A stretch of DNA of 64,000 bases from Nitrospirota bacterium (GTDB taxonomy: Bacteria > Nitrospirota > Nitrospiria > Nitrospirales > Nitrospiraceae): NCBI GenBank assembly GCA_963701855.1, contig CAVPBK010000005.1, forward strand, positions 96,001 to 160,000, given 5' to 3'. A program made the translations under genes and the position numbers. The first letter of the stretch is position 1. Each line of letters begins with the position of its first letter. Below are positions 57,954 through 64,000 of this stretch, piece by piece. The notes under the pieces were generated by a model. That model saw only the letters and a program-made list of their open reading frames with translations. It did not search any database and was not told the DNA's origin.

Positions 57954-58724
57954 ATGAGTGTGTATTGGAAATGGGTTCTTCAATCAGTCCCAAGTTTGGT
58001 GTGCGGGTTGCTGATGTTGCTATCGACAGTAACCCCTCGGCAAGCCCGTTCCAACGTAGAAGCCTGGTTCATCTATTTCGGTATTGAGGATGTCCCGCCA
58101 TGGCTGGCGAATAAGTCCATAGATACATGGATATATTGGCTGGCGTTTGTGGGCTTCTGTGCATGGGCTATTCACTTATATGCGCGAAGAAATATAAGGA
58201 ATGGCAAACTGTCCATTATCCTTCGTGAAGGAGAACCCTGGGTGCAGGTGAATGCAGGCGTAGATCAGCCGCAGGCAGCGCACATCAATGGATCGCGGTA
58301 CACCTATCGTATCGCATTGGTCAACAGCGATGATTCGACCATTAGGAATGTAGAAGTGAAACTGACTTCCCTGGAGAAGCAGCCGCAGAATTCCCATGCC
58401 ATTGGCAGTCACCTTAAACTAAGAAATGACCGGGCTGGGGCAACGAACTGTAACGTGTATCCCACCAAAGATCCGGAATGTATGGATGGCCTGTTCGTTG
58501 ATGTATTCAGTTTCTTCCTAGGCCCAGAAGGATATTCATCCCTCAGTGTCACGTCGTTGCCGGAGGATAGTAATCGCCGGATTCCAGTCGATACATATGA
58601 TGTGAAAATCATTGCGACAAGTGAAAGTGGAGAAATGGCCATCGCGGACATGGCGTTCATTCCCCGTGCTGATCAAATTCCAGAGTTCAGATTACTCAAA
58701 ACGCAATCATTCCCTGGACGATGA
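57954..58724 (+). CDS. Hypothetical membrane-anchored protein
   Basis: 256-aa ORF with two N-terminal TMs and a beta-rich soluble domain; lower GC than its neighbours by eye. Confidence 0.65.
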   Translation: MSVYWKWVLQSVPSLVCGLLMLLSTVTPRQARSNVEAWFIYFGIEDVPPWLANKSIDTWIYWLAFVGFCAWAIHLYARRNIRNGKLSIILREGEPWVQVNAGVDQPQAAHINGSRYTYRIALVNSDDSTIRNVEVKLTSLEKQPQNSHAIGSHLKLRNDRAGATNCNVYPTKDPECMDGLFVDVFSFFLGPEGYSSLSVTSLPEDSNRRIPVDTYDVKIIATSESGEMAIADMAFIPRADQIPEFRLLKTQSFPGR

Positions 58725-58801
58725 CTGGCAATGACCTTCAGATTCAGAAAATGTGAAGGAACAGGCCCGTGTTTATTGCTTACAGGGCGCGCACAATGAA
58801 A

Positions 58802-58967
58802 TGGATGGGAAGGGCACCCCATTGGTCCTGTGTTCCCGGAACAGAGAAGGGGATGGCGCCTGTTGATCTCCTGTGCTCGCGCAACGCGCGGCCTCAGAAA
58901 GAAAGAGGGGAGCGGCCCGGTGCCCTTCTAAGAGAGGGAAAGTAAGCGAGCTTGGGAGGATCAATTC
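58802..58967. repeat. Intergenic repeat, family 2
   Basis: GAAGGGCACC...GGTGCCCTTC internal inverted repeat; blocks shared with 55969-56166. Confidence 0.55.
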
Positions 58968-59014
58968 AGGCCTGTAGGATAGACTCCTGGTACATTTCCC
59001 ATATCTTCTCAGAA

Positions 59015-62000
59015 TCACCAGGATGATCGATAGAGACTCGCTCCTCGGTCTCCATAGGTTTCGTAGAAGTGTTCGAACACGGCGGAGCATTTCTGCTGGT
59101 AGAGGTCAGGGGAGTACGCGCGCGGGAGTCCCTGATCCAGCACCTCTTCGATGGCCAGTTTCACTTGCGAGCGCGCACTTGCCTTTTGTCGCCATTCGAG
59201 CACCAGGAGCTGCTTGAGTTTCTCCAGCAACTCTTTCGCCACCTTCTTCACCTCGGCACGCTCTTCCTGGCCCAGTTCCGGTGCAGGCCTGGTCAGAATG
59301 TCGAACACCACCAGCTCTTCTTCGGACAGACGTTCCCGTACATGGCGCTGTTGCTCATCGTTGAGGGTGCGGCTGAGGGCCAGGAGTTCGGCGAAGAGGT
59401 CCTCGATGTTCCGGCTGCCTGCGTTGTAGGACTCGATGAGCTCCTCAAACTTCGTGAGGTAGTCGGCACGAGTCCGGTTGAGGCGAATCAGCTTGTCGAG
59501 GTGGGAACGGATGGCAGCCTTCAGTTGCTCAAGGTCGATATTCTTGGTCTTCGACTTCCCAAAGCGCTTCGCGAGCGCTTCAAAATCAATCTTCGTCAGG
59601 TCGATGATGCCATGACCTTTCTTGCCCTCAGCGATGTGAAAGCCATCGGCGGCCACGGAGGCATCAAGAATCTTGTTCAGGTCGGTCATCACGGTGGAGA
59701 TGTCCGCCGGACCCTCACCCGTACGCTCTCGAATCGTCTCGGCAATCGTCGTGAGGCAAGCGACGCGTGAGGAAAACTCCAGGACAGCCGGATCTGGCTT
59801 CACGGCTTGAAAGAGCGTCCGGACCCATCGCTCCTGGGCGAGGAAGTCTTTGCGGAGCGGGTCCGGGGAAATCAGGCATTCAACGGCATCGACAATCTTC
59901 GTCAGTCGCTCCAGACTCCCGACCGATCGTCCGTTCGACCTCTTCGAGGCTGACGCCATGCTGACGACAGAACGATACGGCATCTGTTATCGCCTGCCGC
60001 AGGGTCTCCACCAACTGCTGTTTGTTGCGCACAGGATGCGCACCGCTCTGACCGACGGCATAGATGGCCAACGCTTGCTCCAGTGAAGCAAAGACGTTGG
60101 CATAATCCACAATCAACCCGCTGTGCTTGCCAGGGAAGACGCGGTTCGCCCGCGCGATCGTCTGCATCAAGGTGTGGTTCCGCATCGGCTTATCGAGATA
60201 CACCGTCGAACAGCTCGGCGCGTCAAACCCAGTCAGCCACATCGCGCAGACGAAGACCAGGCGCAACGGATCTGTCGGGTCCTTGAACTTCTCGTCGAGC
60301 GACTCGTCGTTCATCCGCTTACGGTGCGGGGCGATGTCGAGCCCTAGCCGTTTCATCTGGTCGATCTCGTTCTGGCCTGGCGACACGATCAAGGCCATGT
60401 CCGTGGTCTGAATCACATCCAGCCGCTCACGGAGTTCCCTGATGCGGTCCGGGTCGGACTTCGCCCCATAGGTCGTAAGCTTCGCCAACTCCTTCTCCAC
60501 CCGCACCCGTTCAGCCTGCCAGTGCGTCCGCACCTTGTCGTGCATGCGGAGCGCCGTGGCCTTATCGATGGAGATCACCATGGCCTTGCCTTGGAAGCCA
60601 CGTCCCAGGAAGTGCTGCACGATATCCTTTGCGACCGTCTCCAGCCGGTCGTCGCGGGTGATGAGCTGGTATTGCCGACCCAGCTCACGCTCTAACCTGG
60701 TCTCTTGCTCCTCATCCAGCTCAGCGGCTTCGATCAGGTTGTAAATATCTTCGTTGAGGTTCGGATTCTCCAGCCGCAGTTCAGGGGTACGGTTTTCGTA
60801 AAAGAGCGGCACTGTGGCACCGTCCTCGACGGACTGTTGGAAGTCATAGATGGAGACATAGTCGCCGAAGACCTCGCGCGTCCGTTCCTCGCCGACAATG
60901 AGCGGCGTACCCGTGAAGGCCAGGAAAAGCGCCCGAGGCAGCGCGGTCCGCATGTTCAGCGCCAGAGTGTCGTATTGGCTCCGGTGTGATTCGTCGGTGA
61001 GCACGATCACGTCGGGCCGGTCGCAGAGCAACTCAGGAGTCTGGAACTTGTGGATCAAGGTGAAGACATACCGGTGGTTCTCGCCGAGCAATTGCCTCAA
61101 CTGCGCGCCACTCTGTGCGTGGCACAGGTCGCTCTCCGCCTCGCTCACCGCGCCACAGGCCTTGAACGTCTTCGCAATCTGGTCATCCAGCTCTACCCGG
61201 TCCGTCACCACGACGAAGGTCCAGTTACCTGGGATCTTTCGTAGGATCTTCTGCGCAAAGAAGACCATCGCCAGACTCTTGCCAGAACCCTGGGTCTGCC
61301 AAAACACGCCGGCGCGCCCATGGCCCTGCTTCCGGGCAGCCAACGTAGCCGCAATGGCATTGTTCACGCCGAGAAACTGGTGGTTCTGTCCCAGCACTTT
61401 GACGAGCCCAGCCTTGTGCTCGGAGAAGAGCGTGAAGTTTTCGAGAAGATCGAGCAGGCGCGAAGGTTCACACGTTCCGCGCAACATCACTTCCAGAGAG
61501 ACTCGCCGCGGTTCATCTTCACGTTCGATCCGCTTCCACTCAAAGAACCGCTCCCAATCAGCCGTGAGAGAACCCACACGGCTCTCCGTGCCATTAGAGG
61601 CGATCATCAGCCCGTTGAACCAGAAGAGTTGAGGAATGTCGGACTTGTAGCAAGTGAGGTTGTCGTCGAACGCTTGCTGCGCCGGAACGCCCGGCTTCTT
61701 CAGCTCAATCACGACGATGGGTAGGCCGTTCACGAACCCGACGAGGTCAGGCCGACGGGTGTAGAGCGATCCCGTCACGCTGAACTGACTCACCAGCAGG
61801 AAGTCGTTTGCAGCAGGATTCTCCCAATCAATGACCCGAACGCGCTCGGTCTTCTGCCCGCCACCCTTGGGATCCGGAACGGAAACAGGAATCCCGTCTT
61901 TCAGAAACCCATACACCTCGCGATTCGCCGCCGCGAGACTCATCACCGAACGGTCGCGGATCAGTTGATCAATGGCTGTTGAGAGGGCTTCCGGAGGCAA

Positions 62001-62193
62001 TGAAGGGTTGAGGTGATTCAGGGCAGCGCGAAGGCGCAAGACCAAGACTAATTCAGCTTTTGTTTCGCGCCCTAGTGTGCCATGAGGTCCAACAACCTCT
62101 TCCATGGCCGAGACAGTATGCCACCCGAGTTCGGCAAGCAGTGTAGATCGCGGGCTGTTCGACAAGCTGGTCTTCAGAGTATGCGTGTGCCAT
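59015..62193 (-). pseudogene. hsdR: Type I restriction endonuclease subunit R, split by two frameshifts (pseudogene or sequence error)
   Basis: Start MAHAYSEDQLVEQPA at 62193; RRPDLVGFVNGLP..IELK nuclease motif, QTQGSGKS, TDESHRSQY, FTGTP, MWLTGFD, QTIARANR; shifts near 62145 and 59910. Confidence 0.9.
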
Positions 62194-62197
62194 GCGG

Positions 62198-62970
62198 CTA
62201 GGAACGTAGCGGGAGGAACTCGTCACCACTCATCGGTTCATATCCGGCAGTGAAGCGGCCTTCAAGCGCGACGAGAACACGTTGGTTGTGCGGAGCAGGA
62301 GGAGGATTCAGCTGGACGACATGAGCGGTCACGTTGCTCGGGCCACCTGCAATAGCCTTCAACACGTCAGGAATGAGATAACGAGGCGCCCAACCCAACA
62401 TGAAGTAATCATTCAAAGTCTCAAGCTGGACTGCCACGCCGGTTGCGGGGTTATTAAACTCCACCGCCACTTGCAGCGGTTCGCCGGGCCGGAGCACATT
62501 CAATCGCTCTTGTGATGGCGCATTCACATGACTGCCAGCCGTGTAAAAAGAACCGGCAAGAAAAACCGCCGTCACGACGGGCCAGAATTTTCGGAAACAC
62601 CTCTAAGTTGTCGGTCTGCCGCCCGCCTCCGCTGATCGCCAAAATCTCAAAGGGGTCCGCGTGCTCAGGAGACAAATCGAGTCGCTGGAGATATTCGGCA
62701 TAATCCTCCCGTTTCGTCGCTAATAAGCCGATTCTGAAACAGCGGGAACAGTTCTGCTGATTCATACAAGGCATCGAACTTCGGAAAGGCATCGAGGGGC
62801 TGGAAACCTACCTTGTCCCTGGCCTGCAACACACCACGGGTGTAGACAAACCGATAATGGGAATCTTCAGGTTCAACATCCAAACGGCCGATTGGAAACC
62901 ATGCACGGGTGCCGTCCACGCGATCACCGCGAAGCCGTTTGTCTTGCCAGGCTAAGAATAAGGTTTTCAT
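62198..62970 (-). pseudogene. HIRAN-domain protein partnered with the HipA-like kinase, split by two frameshifts
   Basis: Three consecutive ORF pieces join: LFLAWQD..WFPIGRL..LFPLFQNR / REDY.EYL..LAISGG.RQTDNLEVFP..RFFLHG / L.PGEPL....NNP...AV..LGWAPRYL. Confidence 0.78.
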
Positions 62971-63896
62971 GACAGAATGTCTTTGACTCGCCGGTAGGTC
63001 ACTCGAAGCAATGCCTTCGCAAAATCACGCTGAGTCTGCACGATCGTCTCAGCCGGTACCCGGTCAACTGTAGCACAAAGGGCCTCTTCATTGACATTTT
63101 CCACGTTCGGCAACCAGGGCACAAAATAATCCGGCCATTTTCTGGCGACAATCTCAAGCAGTTTCAGAGGATTGGCTCCATGAGAATCGTCAACTCGAAG
63201 ATAAATACCTCCCTGACACCGGCTTCTCGCTGCGTACCATTCTGGCCGCCTTGGTTCAGACAGCCAGGTTGCCAATTTCTCCGGTGGCTCATTCCGCCCT
63301 AGTGAAGAAGCGTGGTCAAACGTGGGCGCCATGTCATGAGAGACCCGTCCATCTTGGTGCATGAGCCGAACGATGGCCCAATTCTCATGGTGTCGGTCCG
63401 TATTCAGAATGGTGGCATCCAGCACAAGATAGCCTGCCATCTGTCGGAAGGCCGCTGCCTGCTCCGCCGGATCAGAAAACACATGCGAGATCGCAGCCAG
63501 AATATTTTCGACCGTGTGATCGCTCTGGCGAAACTGCTTGGTCCGGTCGTATCCGAACCCGGCGCCCGCCAGCAAATCATTCCCGTGGATCAACTCTGCA
63601 CCAGGCCTGGCAAGTTCTGGGAACCGTCGGCTGATACAGCCTGGAGATCCCTCAAGTGTGGCGAGTTCCACTCGCGCATGGGGGATATGGAGCAAGCTGG
63701 CGACTTCGGCCGCGACCTTTTCGGCCCAGTGTTCACCAGTCACCTGACCATTACTGAGCCTGGCATACTTGAAGAGCCAGCGTTCGGAATCACCAGCGAC
63801 TTGCACCCACCCCTTGCGTTTACTCCCCATTTCTTCAGGAGCCAACACATCCTCATTTTTGAGAAGAATAATGGGATAGGGATCGCTGTGTGCCAT
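62967..63896 (-). CDS. HipA/CtkA-like kinase (PI3/4-kinase-like fold)
   Basis: MGSKRKGW, WLFK, GEHWAEK, LDA.ILNTDRHHENW, APTFDHASSLG. Confidence 0.88.
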   Translation of the reverse strand: MAHSDPYPIILLKNEDVLAPEEMGSKRKGWVQVAGDSERWLFKYARLSNGQVTGEHWAEKVAAEVASLLHIPHARVELATLEGSPGCISRRFPELARPGAELIHGNDLLAGAGFGYDRTKQFRQSDHTVENILAAISHVFSDPAEQAAAFRQMAGYLVLDATILNTDRHHENWAIVRLMHQDGRVSHDMAPTFDHASSLGRNEPPEKLATWLSEPRRPEWYAARSRCQGGIYLRVDDSHGANPLKLLEIVARKWPDYFVPWLPNVENVNEEALCATVDRVPAETIVQTQRDFAKALLRVTYRRVKDILS

Positions 63897-63897
63897 T

Positions 63898-64000
63898 TCA
63901 GAGTGTGGATTGCAGGAATGGAACTTTATCCACGATCGCCGCTTGAACCTTCTCGCGCAGACACTCCTTCAAGTCTCCTTCCCGTTCAAGGAGGCGAACA
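63898..64000 (-). CDS. 3' end of an unidentified upstream gene (partial)
   Basis: Open frame ...VRLLEREGDLKECLREKVQAAIVDKVPFLQSTL*, stopping 1 nt before the kinase ATG. Confidence 0.5.
   Translation of the reverse strand, partial: VRLLEREGDLKECLREKVQAAIVDKVPFLQSTL

Noticed and set aside
1..64000. CRISPR arrays, tRNA or rRNA genes
   Set aside because: No regularly spaced direct repeats, cloverleaf or rRNA signatures noticed by eye; a dedicated scan was not possible

Overview
A 64-kb window from a complete ammonia oxidiser (comammox) Nitrospira. The amoA carries the YFWTFY and HTVWI signatures and exact matches to the clade-B primer sites as I recall them, so clade B is likely. The centre is the ammonia-oxidation island: amoCAB, copD/copC, amoE-amoD-amoD, a full ccmABCDEFGHI operon and haoAB-cycAB. 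It is flanked by housekeeping genes (malQ, tkt on the left; glyQS, ppdK, ribD, ribE on the right), several IS elements and remnants, and a frameshifted type I R-M/HipA-kinase-HIRAN region at the right end. There are four copper nitrite reductase (NirK) family sequences: one intact, one IS-truncated pseudogene, and a tandem pair near cycB. The pair is the most striking signal. The two paralogs have lost exactly complementary copper and catalytic ligands, so neither can form an active homotrimer, but together they would rebuild a complete inter-subunit type-2 Cu site. They are co-oriented with a monoheme cytochrome c and an Lcl/DUF1566 protein. Other notable items: a chimeric gene born by tandem duplication (HaoA signal peptide and promoter plus a CcmI C-terminal domain), an IS1595 element lying between a sigma54 motif and amoC, an exported truncated haemoglobin behind nirK, and an unannotated 19-aa Lys/Ala histone-H1-like micropeptide. 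All calls come from reading the sequence; no database searches were run.
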